Counted from the first letter of the stretch, positions 53,422-63,847 are shown. The stretch is DNA of 64,000 nt from Chloroflexota bacterium (GCA_005883625.1 VBDU01000071.1:17233-81232); one strand, 5' to 3'. The notes: generated by a model not told the origin, from the sequence alone. Program-made: numbers and translations.

Positions 53422-54008
53422 AAACGCGCCTCCTCAAGGCGGATGCGCCTGGGGCGGTGGAGGAGGCGGCGGCGGCGCTCGCACGTGGTGAGCTCGTCGC
53501 CTTCCCGACCGACACGGTCTACGGCCTGTCCGCCGGGCAGGAGCATGTCCGCAAGCTGTACGGCGCGAAGGATCGGCCGCAGGAGAAGCGCATCCCCGTG
53601 CTCCTATCCGACGCCTCGAACCTCGAGGCGAGCGCGATCGTCACGCCGGCCGCGCGGGCCCTCGCGCAGAAGTACTGGCCCGGTCCGCTCACGATCGTCC
53701 TCGTAGCACCGCGGCGCGGGACGCTCGCGTTCCGCGTCCCGGATCACCCCGTCGCGCGCCGGCTCATCGCGGCGAGCGGGGGCGGCCTGCCGGTCACGAG
53801 CGCCAATCGCTCCGGCGCGCCCGACGCGCACACGGCGGAGGAGGTGGTCGCGCAGCTCGATGGACGCATCTCGCTCGTCCTCGACGGCGGGCCGACGACC
53901 GGCGGCGTCGCGTCGACCGTCGTCGACTGCACCACGGACGAGGTCAAGGTCCTTCGCGAGGGGGCGATCACCGCGAGCGAGATCCGCGAGACGCTGGCCG
54001 CCGCGTGA
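53418..54008 (+). CDS. tsaC: L-threonylcarbamoyladenylate synthase (YrdC/Sua5 domain)
   Basis: Motifs FPTDTVYGL and SANRSG. GTGA overlap at 53418-53421. Confidence 0.85.
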   Translation: MKTRLLKADAPGAVEEAAAALARGELVAFPTDTVYGLSAGQEHVRKLYGAKDRPQEKRIPVLLSDASNLEASAIVTPAARALAQKYWPGPLTIVLVAPRRGTLAFRVPDHPVARRLIAASGGGLPVTSANRSGAPDAHTAEEVVAQLDGRISLVLDGGPTTGGVASTVVDCTTDEVKVLREGAITASEIRETLAAA

Positions 54009-54469
54009 AGATCGGCATCGCCGCCGACCACGCCGGACAGGGCCTGCAGCGCGCGGTCAGCGAGCACCTGCGCGCGAAGGGTCACAGCGTCGTCCCGTTC
54101 GGCGACCCCCCGCGTCCGGACGACGATTACCCGCTCATCGTCGCGCCGCTCGCGGAGGCCGTCGCGCGCGGCGACGTCGATCGCGCGATCTTCATGTGCG
54201 GCTCTGGCATCGGCCCGAGCGTCGCGGCGAACAAGATCCCGGGCGTGCGCGCGGCGGTCGTGACCGACGAGTGGTCCGCGCGCGACGCGGTCGAGCACGT
54301 CGACGTGAACCTGCTCGCGCTCGGCGAGCGGGTGATCGGGTCCGAGCTCGCGAAGAGCATCGTGGACGCGTATCTCGACGCGGAGGTCCAAGGCGGCCGG
54401 CATGCGCGACGGCGGGAGCAGATCAGGGAGCTGGAGCGCGCGGGTCGAACGACGGAGCGGTCGTACTGA
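54005..54469 (+). CDS. rpiB: ribose-5-phosphate isomerase B (RpiB/LacAB family)
   Basis: Motifs [11 protein letters not shown] and CGSGIG. GTGA overlap at 54005-54008. Confidence 0.9.
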   Translation: MKIGIAADHAGQGLQRAVSEHLRAKGHSVVPFGDPPRPDDDYPLIVAPLAEAVARGDVDRAIFMCGSGIGPSVAANKIPGVRAAVVTDEWSARDAVEHVDVNLLALGERVIGSELAKSIVDAYLDAEVQGGRHARRREQIRELERAGRTTERSY

Positions 54470-54491
54470 AAAGGTCAAAAGGAGCGCCCAC

Positions 54492-55751
54492 ATGAGCGCA
54501 CTCGAGCGGACCGATCCCGAGGTGTACGAGGCGATCGAGAACGAACGCCGCCGCCAGGTCGAGAAGATCGAGCTCATCGCGTCGGAGAACTACACGAGTG
54601 CGGCGGTGATGGAGGCGGTGGGCAGCGTCCTCACGAACAAATACGCCGAGGGCTACCCCGGTCGCCGCTATTACGGAGGCTGCGAGTGGGTCGACGTCGC
54701 CGAGCAGCTCGCGATCGACCGCGCGAAGGCGCTCTTCGGCGCGGCCCACGCGAACGTCCAGCCGCACGCCGGCGCGCAGGCGAACATGGCCGCGTACGCC
54801 GCGGTCCTCAAGCCGGGCGACGCCGTGCTCGGTCTCGCGCTCGACCAGGGTGGCCATCTCACGCACGGGTCGCCGGTGAACTTCTCCGGCAAGCTCTACC
54901 ACTTCGTCGCGTACGGGGTCCGCAAGGACGACGAGATGCTCGACTACGACGAGCTGGAGCGGCTCGCGAAGGAGAATCGGCCGCGGCTCATCGTCACCGG
55001 CGCGACGGCGTACCCGCGCGTGTTCGACTTCCCGCGGCTGCGGAAGATCGCGGACGATGTCGAGGCGCTCCTCCTCGTCGACATGGCCCACTTCGCGGGC
55101 CTGGTCGCGGCGGGCGAGCACCCCACGCCCGTCGGATACGCGCAGATCGTCACCACGACGACCCACAAGACGCTCCGCGGGCCGCGCGGGGGGATGATCC
55201 TCTGCGACGCCGATCACGCGAAGGCGATCGACAGCGCCGTCTTCCCGAACGTCCAGGGCGGTCCGCTCATGCACGTGATCGCCGGCAAGGCGGTGATGCT
55301 GAAGGAAGCCGCGACGCCCGAGTTCAAGGCATACGCGAAACAGATCCGGACGAACGCGCGCACCCTGGCGGCGTCACTGGCGAAGGCCGGGCTGCGCCTG
55401 GTGTCGGGCGGGACCGACAACCACCTCATGCTCGTGGACGTGCGGCCGCTCGGCCTCACCGGCAAGGCCGCCGAGAAAGCGCTCGACGCGGTCGGGATCA
55501 CCGTGAACAAGAACACGATCCCGTACGACCCGAACAAGCCCGCGATCGCGTCGGGCATCCGCATCGGCACGCCCGCCGTCACGACGCGAGGCATGCGCGA
55601 TGCCGAGATGGAGCGGATCGGCGCGCTCATCGGGCGGATCCTGCAGGCGAAGGGCGACGAGACGGTCGCGAAGGATGTCGCCGCGGAGGTCCTCGACCTC
55701 ACACGGCGCTTCCCGGTTCCGGGGATCACGCCAGAGCGAGTTCCGAGCTGA
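54492..55751 (+). CDS. glyA: serine hydroxymethyltransferase
   Basis: Motifs [19 protein letters not shown] and VQGGP. SD AAAAGGAG. Confidence 0.95.
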   Translation: MSALERTDPEVYEAIENERRRQVEKIELIASENYTSAAVMEAVGSVLTNKYAEGYPGRRYYGGCEWVDVAEQLAIDRAKALFGAAHANVQPHAGAQANMAAYAAVLKPGDAVLGLALDQGGHLTHGSPVNFSGKLYHFVAYGVRKDDEMLDYDELERLAKENRPRLIVTGATAYPRVFDFPRLRKIADDVEALLLVDMAHFAGLVAAGEHPTPVGYAQIVTTTTHKTLRGPRGGMILCDADHAKAIDSAVFPNVQGGPLMHVIAGKAVMLKEAATPEFKAYAKQIRTNARTLAASLAKAGLRLVSGGTDNHLMLVDVRPLGLTGKAAEKALDAVGITVNKNTIPYDPNKPAIASGIRIGTPAVTTRGMRDAEMERIGALIGRILQAKGDETVAKDVAAEVLDLTRRFPVPGITPERVPS

Positions 55752-55768
55752 CGTCCGCGCAGCTCCAC

Positions 55769-56380
55769 GTGTCGTCGCATCCGCTCGTGCGGGAGAAGGT
55801 CACGCGTCTTCGTGACAAGGAGACGCCGCCGAAGATCTTCCGCGAGCTCGTCGGCGAGATCGCGACGCTCCTGCTGTACGAGGCGACGGCCGATATGCCG
55901 ACGGAGCCGCGCACGGTCGATACACCACTCGCCCCGTACGCCGGAGCGCGCCTCGCGGAGAGGGTCGGTCTCATCCCGGTGCTGCGTGCGGGGATCGGCA
56001 TGGTCGAGGCGGCGCTCGAGCTCATGCCCGACGCCCAGGTCTGGCACATCGGGCTCTTCCGCGACGAGCGCACGCTGCGCCCGATCGAGTACTACAACAA
56101 GCTCCCGTCGTCCGCGACCGTCCAGGTGTGCCTCGTGCTGGACCCCATGCTCGCGACCGGCGGCTCCGCGACGGCGACGGTCCACATCCTCAAGCGCTGG
56201 GGCGCGAAGCGGATCAAGTACGTCGGGATCATCGCCGCGCCCGAGGGCGTGAAGACGCTGACCGAGAGCCACCCCGACGTGCCGATCCACGTCGCCGCGC
56301 TCGACGAGCGCCTCAACGACAAGGGCTACATCGTCCCGGGTCTTGGCGACGCCGGGGACCGGCAGTTCGGGACCGGCTAA
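55769..56380 (+). CDS. upp: uracil phosphoribosyltransferase
   Basis: Motifs HPLV..K...LRD and DPMLATGGS. GTG 55769. A CTG at 55748 overlapping the glyA stop is an alternative start. Confidence 0.9.
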   Translation: MSSHPLVREKVTRLRDKETPPKIFRELVGEIATLLLYEATADMPTEPRTVDTPLAPYAGARLAERVGLIPVLRAGIGMVEAALELMPDAQVWHIGLFRDERTLRPIEYYNKLPSSATVQVCLVLDPMLATGGSATATVHILKRWGAKRIKYVGIIAAPEGVKTLTESHPDVPIHVAALDERLNDKGYIVPGLGDAGDRQFGTG

Positions 56381-56631
56381 CGCCCCTCGATCACCGGATA
56401 GATCTCGTCGGCGACGAGCCCGTGGGCCTCGCGGTGGACCTTCGACGCGATGTCCGCGCTCGGTGCGTCGACGAGGCAGAAGATCTTGCCGTCCTTCTCG
56501 TCGAACCAATAGCTGATGTACTTGACGCCGTACTTCCCTTGGGTCTTCACGTCGGCCATGTGCGCGTCCGCGACGTCCTTCGCCTTCGTGCCTGTCGGTG
56601 CCTGCTTGTGGACGTCCATGAACAGTGGCAT
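56377..56631 (-). CDS. DUF4242 (SCO4226-like) small protein
   Basis: MPLFMDVH N-terminus. ATG 56629-56631 is preceded by GGAGGGGAC. Confidence 0.8.
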   Translation of the reverse strand: MPLFMDVHKQAPTGTKAKDVADAHMADVKTQGKYGVKYISYWFDEKDGKIFCLVDAPSADIASKVHREAHGLVADEIYPVIEGR

Positions 56632-56828
56632 GTCCCCTCCCCTTACTGACGGTCGTCCGCCGGGGGAGTCTACGCAGCCAGCCAAAGCGGGCAGGCGGTC
56701 TCGATCGTCCCCGGTCTCGGCGGTCCCGACGACCGGCAGCACGGCACGGGTTAAGGGCGGCTCAATGTTCGCGACATGACGGTCCGGAATCCTGGCCGCG
56801 TGCTCTCGCTGGAACGAGGCTTGCCGTG

Positions 56829-57971
56829 ATGGGCGGCGCCGTGCCCCTCTCGAGCCTCCTCGCTATCGTCCCCACCACGGCACTCCTCCTGGTGGGCTCG
56901 GCGGTGTTCGCGTTCGCCCTGGCAGCGGTCTTCGCACCGTTCGTCGGCCTGGCCGCGAGGCGCCTTGGCATGCTCGATCTCCCAGGCGGGCGACGGCTTC
57001 ATCCCCGGCCGATCCCACGGCCGGGCGGGTTCGCGATCGCCGCCGCGTTCGGTGTCGCGATCTTCCTGTTCTGGCTCGTCGACCGGATCGCCGGCCAGCC
57101 TTTCCTCATCCCCGAGGAGGTCCGCTCGTCCCGCTTCACGCTCACCGCCTTCGCCGCGCTCCTCGGCGTGCTCGTCGGTCTCGTCGACGACTTCTTCGAG
57201 CTACGTGCGCGCTGGCAGTTCCTCGGGCTCATGGGGGTGGCGGCGGTCATCGTCTACGCCGGCATCCGCATCGATTTCGTCAACGACCCGTTCGACGACG
57301 GCGTGCTCCAGCTGGCGCTGCCGATCGCCGTCGCCTTCACGATGTTCTGGATCGTCGGCATGAACGTCGCGCTCAACTTCATCGACGGCCTCGACGGCCT
57401 CGCGGCGGGCGTCGCCGCCATCGCCGCGCTGACGCTCGGCGGGCTCGCCTTGCTCCCGCAGGTGTCCGAGCCGTTCGTCGCCTGGATGGCGTTCACGCTC
57501 GCCGGCGCGATCTGCGGGTTCCTGCTGTTCAACTTCCATCCGGCGCGGCTCTTCCTCGGCACGACCGGCGTCGCGTTCCTCGGCACGATGCTCGCGGTGC
57601 TCTCGATCTTCGGCACGTCCAAGGTCGCGGCGGCGCTCCTCGTGCTCGGCGTGCCGATCATCGACACCTTCTACGTCCTCGTCCGCCGTGCGCTCACGGG
57701 GCAGCCGCCGTTCGCGCCGGACCGCGGGCACTTCCACCATCGGCTCCTCGACGTCGGCCTCTCGCACCCTCAGGCGGTCCTCGTCATCTACGCGATGACC
57801 GCGGTGCTCGGCACGATCGCGTACATGACGAGCGGCCGGACGCAGCTCGTGTCGTTCGCGGGGTTCGCGGTGCTCCTCGGCGTCGCGGTCGTGGGTCTCG
57901 CGCAGCGAGCGACGAAGGCCTCCGAGCTCGACCCGGGCCTGTACCCGTCGGAGGAAGCGGATACCGCCTAG
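56829..57971 (+). CDS. glycosyltransferase family 4 polyprenyl-phosphate HexNAc-1-phosphate transferase (WecA/TagO/MraY-like)
   Basis: Motifs VDDFFEL and NFIDGLDGL; about 10-11 TM helices. Confidence 0.85.
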   Translation: MGGAVPLSSLLAIVPTTALLLVGSAVFAFALAAVFAPFVGLAARRLGMLDLPGGRRLHPRPIPRPGGFAIAAAFGVAIFLFWLVDRIAGQPFLIPEEVRSSRFTLTAFAALLGVLVGLVDDFFELRARWQFLGLMGVAAVIVYAGIRIDFVNDPFDDGVLQLALPIAVAFTMFWIVGMNVALNFIDGLDGLAAGVAAIAALTLGGLALLPQVSEPFVAWMAFTLAGAICGFLLFNFHPARLFLGTTGVAFLGTMLAVLSIFGTSKVAAALLVLGVPIIDTFYVLVRRALTGQPPFAPDRGHFHHRLLDVGLSHPQAVLVIYAMTAVLGTIAYMTSGRTQLVSFAGFAVLLGVAVVGLAQRATKASELDPGLYPSEEADTA

Positions 57972-57975
57972 TCGT

Positions 57976-57994
57976 CGGGGGGCTCCGCCCCTCG
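57976..57994. repeat. REP-like G/C hairpin
   Basis: CGGGGGG-ctccg-CCCCTCG, between the wecA-like stop and the DUF72 start. Confidence 0.45.
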
Positions 57995-58005
57995 CCCTCC
58001 GAACG

Positions 58006-58896
58006 GTGAAGGTGGGTACGTGCTCGTGGACCGACCCGACGCTCATCGCATCCGGCTGGTATCCCGAGAAGATCAAGGACGACGCGGAAGAGCGCCTCCG
58101 CTACTACGCCGCTCGCTTCCCGCTCGTGGAGAACGACGCTTCGTACTACGCGTTGCCATCCCAAAAGCAGGCGCAGCTCTGGGCCGAGCGCACCCCCGAC
58201 GGCTTCACGATGAACTTCAAGGCGTTCGCGACGCTCACCACCCATCACACCGATCCCAAGCGCCTGCCGAAGGACCTCCGTGACGCGCTTCCCAAGGAGG
58301 CCCTCGCGAAGAAGCGTGTGTACCCCAAGGACTTCCCCAAGGACGCGGTCGACGAGCTCTTCGCGCGCTTCTGGGTCGCTCTCGAGCCGCTCCGCAAGAC
58401 CGGCAAGCTCGGCGCGATCCTCCTCCAGTACCCCGACTGGTTCGCGATCTCGCGCGAGAACAAGGCGGAGATCGCACGCGCGCGGGACCTCCTGCCCGAC
58501 GACCGCCTCGCCGTCGAGTTCCGGAACGCGACGTGGATGAGCGAGCGCAACCGCGAGGAGACGCTCGAGTTCTTGCGGAAGAATGGCTTGAGCTACGTGT
58601 CGGTCGACGAGCCCCAGGGCTTTCCGTCGAGCATCCCGCCGATCGCCGCGATCACGAACGACGGGCTCGCGATCGTCCGCTTCCATGGCCGCAACGCCGA
58701 GAACTGGAAGAAGCCGGGGCTCACCGCGGCGGAGCGTTTCGACTATTCGTACGGCAAGAAGGAGCTCGCGGAGTGGCTCCCGCGCATCAACGAGCTGGCC
58801 GAGCAGGCGAAGGAGGTCCATCTCCTCATGAACAACTGCTATGGCGACAAAGCCGTGAACAACGCCGCGGAGCTCGCCGCCCTGCTGCGACCCTAG
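58006..58896 (+). CDS. DUF72 (UPF0759) protein, second copy
   Basis: Motifs VGTCSWTD and VRFHGRN. GTG 58006. Confidence 0.85.
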   Translation: MKVGTCSWTDPTLIASGWYPEKIKDDAEERLRYYAARFPLVENDASYYALPSQKQAQLWAERTPDGFTMNFKAFATLTTHHTDPKRLPKDLRDALPKEALAKKRVYPKDFPKDAVDELFARFWVALEPLRKTGKLGAILLQYPDWFAISRENKAEIARARDLLPDDRLAVEFRNATWMSERNREETLEFLRKNGLSYVSVDEPQGFPSSIPPIAAITNDGLAIVRFHGRNAENWKKPGLTAAERFDYSYGKKELAEWLPRINELAEQAKEVHLLMNNCYGDKAVNNAAELAALLRP

Positions 58897-58905
58897 GCAC
58901 TTAGG

Positions 58906-60741
58906 ATGCCCGCCGTGCCGGACCGGCCGCTCGCCGACTTCCGCCCGCGCGAGCGGCTCGCGGCGGTCCCGCATACGACGCGCCGCTTCGCCTGCCGCTC
59001 GGTCCTCGCGCTGTCGCCCGACGCGCGGGCGCTCGCGTTCGTCTCGGACCAGGGGAGCGGCACGTTCGAGGCGTGGACCGCGCCCCGTGCCGGGGGCGCG
59101 CCCTCTCGTGCGCTCTCGCTCGAGGGGGGCGCGGTACGGAGCCTCTGCTGGACCGCGAGCGGCGAGCTGGTCGGCGCGGCGGACCGCGGCGGCACCGAGC
59201 TGCACCAGCTCTACGTGCGCCACCCCGACGGGCCGGTCGCCCCGCTCTCGGTCGATCCGCCGAGCAAGGTGCAGCGGCTCCTCTCGTGGAACGCGGCCTC
59301 ACCGGACGGGCGGACCGTCGCCTTCTCGTCGAACGCCCGCGCGACCACGGACATGGACGTCGTGCTCGCGGCGACCGCGGGCGGCGGCGAGCGGATCCTC
59401 CTCGCCGCTCCGGCGTGGCACGTCGTGGGGGGCTGGTCGCCCCAGGGCGACGCGCTGCTCGTCATGCGCGTCCTCGACAACACCACTCAGGATCTGCTCG
59501 TCGTCGACGTCGCCTCCGGATCCGCGCGCGAGGTCACGCGGCACCGCGACGATACGCAGCACGTCGGGGCGGGCTGGCTCGCGGATGGCCGAGTCCTCGA
59601 GATCACCGACGAGGAGAGCGAGCATCTCTACCTCGCCGCGCTCGATCCGTGGAGCGGCGCCCGCGAGCGCATCGACGCGCCCGAGTGGGACATCGAGCTT
59701 GCCGCGTCGTCGGCCGACGGCCGCGTCCAGATCTGGTCCGTGAACGCGGACGGCTACTCGAAGCTGTGCTGGCGACGCGACGGTCGCGTCCGCGAGCACG
59801 ACCTGCGTGGCGTCTGCAACGACCTCATCCTGTCGAGCGACGGATCGCACGCGGCGTTCGTGCGCCTCGGCGCGCGCGATCCGTGGCAGATCGGCGTGCT
59901 CGACACGCGTACCGGCGAGGCTCGAACGGTCGTGACGACGACGCGCGCGGTCACGCCGGAGGAGCTCGTCGATCCGGACCTCGTCCGAATCCCGGGGCCG
60001 GACGGTCCGATCCCGTGCTTCGTGTACCGGCCGCGGCGCGCGAGCGCCCCGATGCCCGCGGTGCTCGTTCCGCACGGCGGCCCGGAGGGGCAGTCGCGGC
60101 CCGCCCTCGTCCCCGTGGACATGGCGCTCCTCCAGCGAGGCATCGCGCTCGTCGTCCCGAACATCCACGGCTCGACCGGATACGGGCGCGCGTGGCAGGC
60201 GGCGATCCACAAGGACTGGGGCGGCATCGACCTGCGCGACCTCCGCGCGGTCACCGAGTGGATGCGTACGCGACCCGACTTCGATCCCGACCGCCTCGCG
60301 GTCTACGGGGGGTCGTACGGCGGGTTCGCGACGCTCACCTGCGTCACGCAGCTGCCGGAGATCTGGCGCTGCGCCGTCGACGTCTTCGGTGTCGCGAACC
60401 TGGTCACGATGCTCGAGAACTCGCAGCCCAACTGGCGCCGCTTCCTCGATCGCTGGATCGGGAAGCTTCCCGACGACCGCGAAAAGCTCGTCGCGCGCTC
60501 GCCGATCACCTACGTCGATCGCATCCGCTGCCCGATGCTCGTGCTCCAGGGCGAGAACGATCCGCGCGTCCCGAGGGAGGAATCGGATCAGCTCGTCGAG
60601 CGCCTGCGCGCGCTCGGTCGGCGCGTCGAATACGTCGTCTATCCGGACGAGGGCCATGGCTTCACGAAGCGGAAGAACATGGACGACGCGAACGAGCGCG
60701 TCGTCGCGTTCCTCACGAAGGAGCTGCTGGGGGCGGCCTGA
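58906..60741 (+). CDS. S9 family serine peptidase, second copy
   Basis: Propeller domain plus a GGSYGG elbow, and a DEGH catalytic His region. Confidence 0.85.
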   Translation: MPAVPDRPLADFRPRERLAAVPHTTRRFACRSVLALSPDARALAFVSDQGSGTFEAWTAPRAGGAPSRALSLEGGAVRSLCWTASGELVGAADRGGTELHQLYVRHPDGPVAPLSVDPPSKVQRLLSWNAASPDGRTVAFSSNARATTDMDVVLAATAGGGERILLAAPAWHVVGGWSPQGDALLVMRVLDNTTQDLLVVDVASGSAREVTRHRDDTQHVGAGWLADGRVLEITDEESEHLYLAALDPWSGARERIDAPEWDIELAASSADGRVQIWSVNADGYSKLCWRRDGRVREHDLRGVCNDLILSSDGSHAAFVRLGARDPWQIGVLDTRTGEARTVVTTTRAVTPEELVDPDLVRIPGPDGPIPCFVYRPRRASAPMPAVLVPHGGPEGQSRPALVPVDMALLQRGIALVVPNIHGSTGYGRAWQAAIHKDWGGIDLRDLRAVTEWMRTRPDFDPDRLAVYGGSYGGFATLTCVTQLPEIWRCAVDVFGVANLVTMLENSQPNWRRFLDRWIGKLPDDREKLVARSPITYVDRIRCPMLVLQGENDPRVPREESDQLVERLRALGRRVEYVVYPDEGHGFTKRKNMDDANERVVAFLTKELLGAA

Positions 60742-60785
60742 GCGAGCCGGTCGAGCGGCGCGCGCAGGGGCAGGCCGGGTTAGAG

Positions 60786-61853
60786 CTAGTGGAGCGTGCT
60801 GCCCAGGAGCACGCCGTTCGCCCAGTAGAGGCCGGTGGCGCCCGCGGGAAGGATGTCGAAAGTCGCGCCGCCGTCGTAGCGCACGCGCCCAACGCTCGTC
60901 ACCGTCGCCTCGTCGTAGCGATCGCCGGCGATGAGCTCGCCGACGCGGCGCCCGTCCGCGGTCGGGTGACCGGGCGAGACGTATACGAGCCGGCCATCGG
61001 CGAGCGCGAGCCGCACCACCTCGTGCGTCGCGGGCACCGGCGTGCTGCCGACCGCGGTGAGCCGCGCGGCGACGCGAAGACCGTCCTCGTCGCGCGTCCA
61101 CACGAGATCGCCGACGGCGAGCTTCTCCACCGCGACGTCGCCGTTCGGCGTCGCGATGAGCGTCCCGATCGCGAGGCAGATCGGGCAGGGCGGCGGGCCG
61201 CTCGGCGTCTGGCTCGCGACGGTGATCGTCCCGCGCTGATCGATCGTTCCGTCGACGCGGCTCGACTGCGGGGAGGGGCTGGCGCTCGTCGATCCGCTGA
61301 AGATCGCGACGAAGTGGAAGACCGCGCCGACCGGGTCGAGGCGTAAGGCGTTCAGCATCTTCCAGTCGCGATAGACCGCGAGCCGCTGCTCCGCGGTGTA
61401 CGTGGCCGCGGGCACGATCCCGAGGTGCGCGAGGATCGCCGAGAACGTCGGCGCGTCTTTCTGGATCTCCGAGAAGCGCTGATCGGCCTGCGCCTGCTCG
61501 TCCGCGCGCGCGACCGGATAGAAGTCGGGGTCGCAGAACAGCAGCCGGCCGAAGCGGTCTACGAGGCGGTACTTGAGCTGTGCCTGCGTGAGCCCGCCCG
61601 GCGCCGGGCTCGGCGTCGGCGTGGGGGTGGCCGTAGGCGGCGCGGGCGTCGGGGTGGTGCCCGGCACGATCGGCACGATCGTGGCGGCGATCGCGGTCGC
61701 GGAGACCGTCCCCGCGGGCGTGACGGTGGCGCTCGCGCCGGTCGCGCTCGGCGCCGCGGTGAGCGACGGGCCTGCGGCCTCGCCGCGGCCTGAAGCGGCG
61801 CCCCCGCACCCGGCGGCGAGCGCGACGGCGAGAACGACCGCGAAGCGGCGCAT
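60786..61853 (-). CDS. lipoprotein with Pro/Thr-rich linker, unknown middle domain and C-terminal Hint (bacterial intein-like) domain
   Basis: Signal peptide with LAAGC. The Hint N-terminal block CLAIGTLIATPNGDVAVEKLAVGDLV starts at Cys codon 61176-61178. The C-terminal block YWANGVLLGSTLH is followed directly by the stop. Confidence 0.75.
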   Translation of the reverse strand: MRRFAVVLAVALAAGCGGAASGRGEAAGPSLTAAPSATGASATVTPAGTVSATAIAATIVPIVPGTTPTPAPPTATPTPTPSPAPGGLTQAQLKYRLVDRFGRLLFCDPDFYPVARADEQAQADQRFSEIQKDAPTFSAILAHLGIVPAATYTAEQRLAVYRDWKMLNALRLDPVGAVFHFVAIFSGSTSASPSPQSSRVDGTIDQRGTITVASQTPSGPPPCPICLAIGTLIATPNGDVAVEKLAVGDLVWTRDEDGLRVAARLTAVGSTPVPATHEVVRLALADGRLVYVSPGHPTADGRRVGELIAGDRYDEATVTSVGRVRYDGGATFDILPAGATGLYWANGVLLGSTLH

Positions 61854-61859
61854 GCCCCT

Positions 61860-62333
61860 CTAACGTCCGGGCGGAGGCTTCGGTTCCCTCAACGCGGGCT
61901 TTCCCGGCCGCCGCCGGCGCACGTAACGCGTCGCGTACACCTGCTCGCCGAGCGACAGCACCTTGTTGTCGACCCAGCCCGTCGCGAGCACCGCCTCCTG
62001 GACCTGCTCCCAGCTCGGTGCGCCCTCGAGGAGATGACCCTTCTTCCATACGACGACCCAGATCGCGCCGTCGGGATGCGCGGCGCGCACGACCTCGCGG
62101 CCGAGCAGTCGGGGGTCGCATTCCGCGAGGGCGAAACAGAGCACGAGGCCGTAGCGGCCGTCCCTCGCGCGCAGCGGCAACCGGAGATCCACGACGTCGA
62201 GCTGACCCGCGAGATGCTCGATGGGGCGGTCGTATGTCCGCGTCCCGCCGACGCGCAGCGCCGGCAGGCCCGGCTTGACCCCGAGCTTCGGCACCACCTC
62301 CTCGGCGGCCCGCATGGTCCTGGGGGCGGTCAT
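61860..62333 (-). CDS. DUF3052-like protein
   Basis: Motifs KLGVKPG, DVV..R and GAIWVVVWKKG. Start is uncertain (ATG at 62333, 62315 or 62378). Confidence 0.6.
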   Translation of the reverse strand: MTAPRTMRAAEEVVPKLGVKPGLPALRVGGTRTYDRPIEHLAGQLDVVDLRLPLRARDGRYGLVLCFALAECDPRLLGREVVRAAHPDGAIWVVVWKKGHLLEGAPSWEQVQEAVLATGWVDNKVLSLGEQVYATRYVRRRRPGKPALREPKPPPGR

Positions 62334-62389
62334 GAGGCCGAATTTAGGCCGAGCGAAGGGCGGGAACGTCGCTTGCATGCAGGGTAGCG

Positions 62390-62761
62390 ATGGCGATCCT
62401 CGACCACCGGCCCCGTCCGGTGCTCATCGTCGACGACGACATGGAGACGCTGCAGGCCGAGCGCGCTCTCCTTGCGGACAACGGATTCCGCGTGATCGAG
62501 GCGCGCGACGGCGGCGAGGCGTTGCGCGTCGTGCAGGCCGATCCGCCGGCGGTCGTCGTCCTGGACATCCAAATGCCCGGCGTCGATGGACCGACGTTCG
62601 CGCGCGAGCTGCGGATGGCGCTCCGCCGCGTGCCGCTCATCGTCCTCACCGGCGTCGCCGATCCACGCCGCGAGGCTGATCGCTGCAACGCCGAGGCATA
62701 CCTGAGTAAGCCGTTCGACGCCGAGGAGCTCGTGAGGGTCGTTCGCCGCTTCGCGGCCTGA
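62390..62761 (+). CDS. single-domain CheY-like response regulator receiver
   Basis: Motifs LIVDDD, VLDIQMPGVDG and a conserved K in SKPF. Confidence 0.85.
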   Translation: MAILDHRPRPVLIVDDDMETLQAERALLADNGFRVIEARDGGEALRVVQADPPAVVVLDIQMPGVDGPTFARELRMALRRVPLIVLTGVADPRREADRCNAEAYLSKPFDAEELVRVVRRFAA

Positions 62762-62766
62762 TCGTT

Positions 62767-62812
62767 GAGGGAACTTCGTTCCCCAAATTGAGGGGACCCC
62801 TCAGACCCCCTC
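62767..62812. repeat. REP-like element (two hairpins)
   Basis: GGGAAC-ttc-GTTCCC (62769-62783) followed by TGAGGGGACCCCTCA. Confidence 0.5.
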
Positions 62813-62822
62813 GGCCGGCCAT

Positions 62823-63791
62823 ATGCTCGTGCCCATGAGCGCTCGTCTGCTCGTCCGCGATGAGGCGGTGGTCGTCGAGCGCCCCACCGAGCAGCTCGCG
62901 GAGCATCGTGACAAGCCGTGCTGGATCGACATCCCCGATCGCACGAGCGGGGAGCTCGCTCGCGTGGCGAAGGATCTCAACCTCCATCCGCTGGCGGTCG
63001 AGGATGCGACCCAGCGGGACGAGCGGCCCAAGATCGATCAGTACGAGAACCACTACTTCATCGTCTTTTACGCGATCGAATCGCCCTCACCGGGTGTGGT
63101 CAGATACCACGAGTTCTCGATCTTCGTCGTGCCGAACGCGATCGTCACGGTGCACGACGGAGACTGCGAGGGGCGCAAGCAGGTCGAGAAGCGCTTCCGC
63201 GAGGGCCGCCTGCACACCACCGGCCTGCTCCTCCACGCGCTCCTGGACACCATGGTCGACGGCTACTTCGCCGTGGTGGACCAATTCGGAGAACGGATCG
63301 AGCTGCTGGAGGAGTTCGTCGCGGACGAGAGCGACGCGAAGGAGATGCGGACCCCGCTCAAGGAGCTCTTCCTCGTGAAGCGCGATCTGCTTCATCTGCG
63401 GAAGACCATCGCGCCCGAGCGCGACGTCATGCAGGTCCTCATCCGCGGCGACATCCGCGAGCTCCGCGAACCGGGGCGGCGCGCGTACTTCCAGGACGTG
63501 TACGACCACATCATCCGGGTGACCGACGAGATCGATACGTTCCGCGAGCTCACCTCGAACGTGATCGACGCGTACCTCGCCGCCGCGTCGAACCGGCTCA
63601 ACCAGGTCATGAAGGTCCTCACGAGCGTGGCCACGGTGCTCCTCGTGCTCACCCTGTTCACCGGCTTCTTCGGCATGAACTTCCAGGCGCTGCCGTTCGA
63701 CAACATCGACGTCTTCCTGGGCGGGATGGCGCTCATGATCGCGTCGGCCGTGCTCGTGACGTTCTATTTCAAGCGGCGGGGCTGGCTCTAG
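62823..63791 (+). CDS. corA: CorA-family magnesium/cobalt transporter
   Basis: GMN motif (FFGMNF) and two C-terminal TM helices. Confidence 0.9.
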   Translation: MLVPMSARLLVRDEAVVVERPTEQLAEHRDKPCWIDIPDRTSGELARVAKDLNLHPLAVEDATQRDERPKIDQYENHYFIVFYAIESPSPGVVRYHEFSIFVVPNAIVTVHDGDCEGRKQVEKRFREGRLHTTGLLLHALLDTMVDGYFAVVDQFGERIELLEEFVADESDAKEMRTPLKELFLVKRDLLHLRKTIAPERDVMQVLIRGDIRELREPGRRAYFQDVYDHIIRVTDEIDTFRELTSNVIDAYLAAASNRLNQVMKVLTSVATVLLVLTLFTGFFGMNFQALPFDNIDVFLGGMALMIASAVLVTFYFKRRGWL

Positions 63792-63847
63792 CGCCGTAGT
63801 CGGGGTCCGGGGGCAGAGACGGGCGACTCCGGCTAGACTCGATCCAC

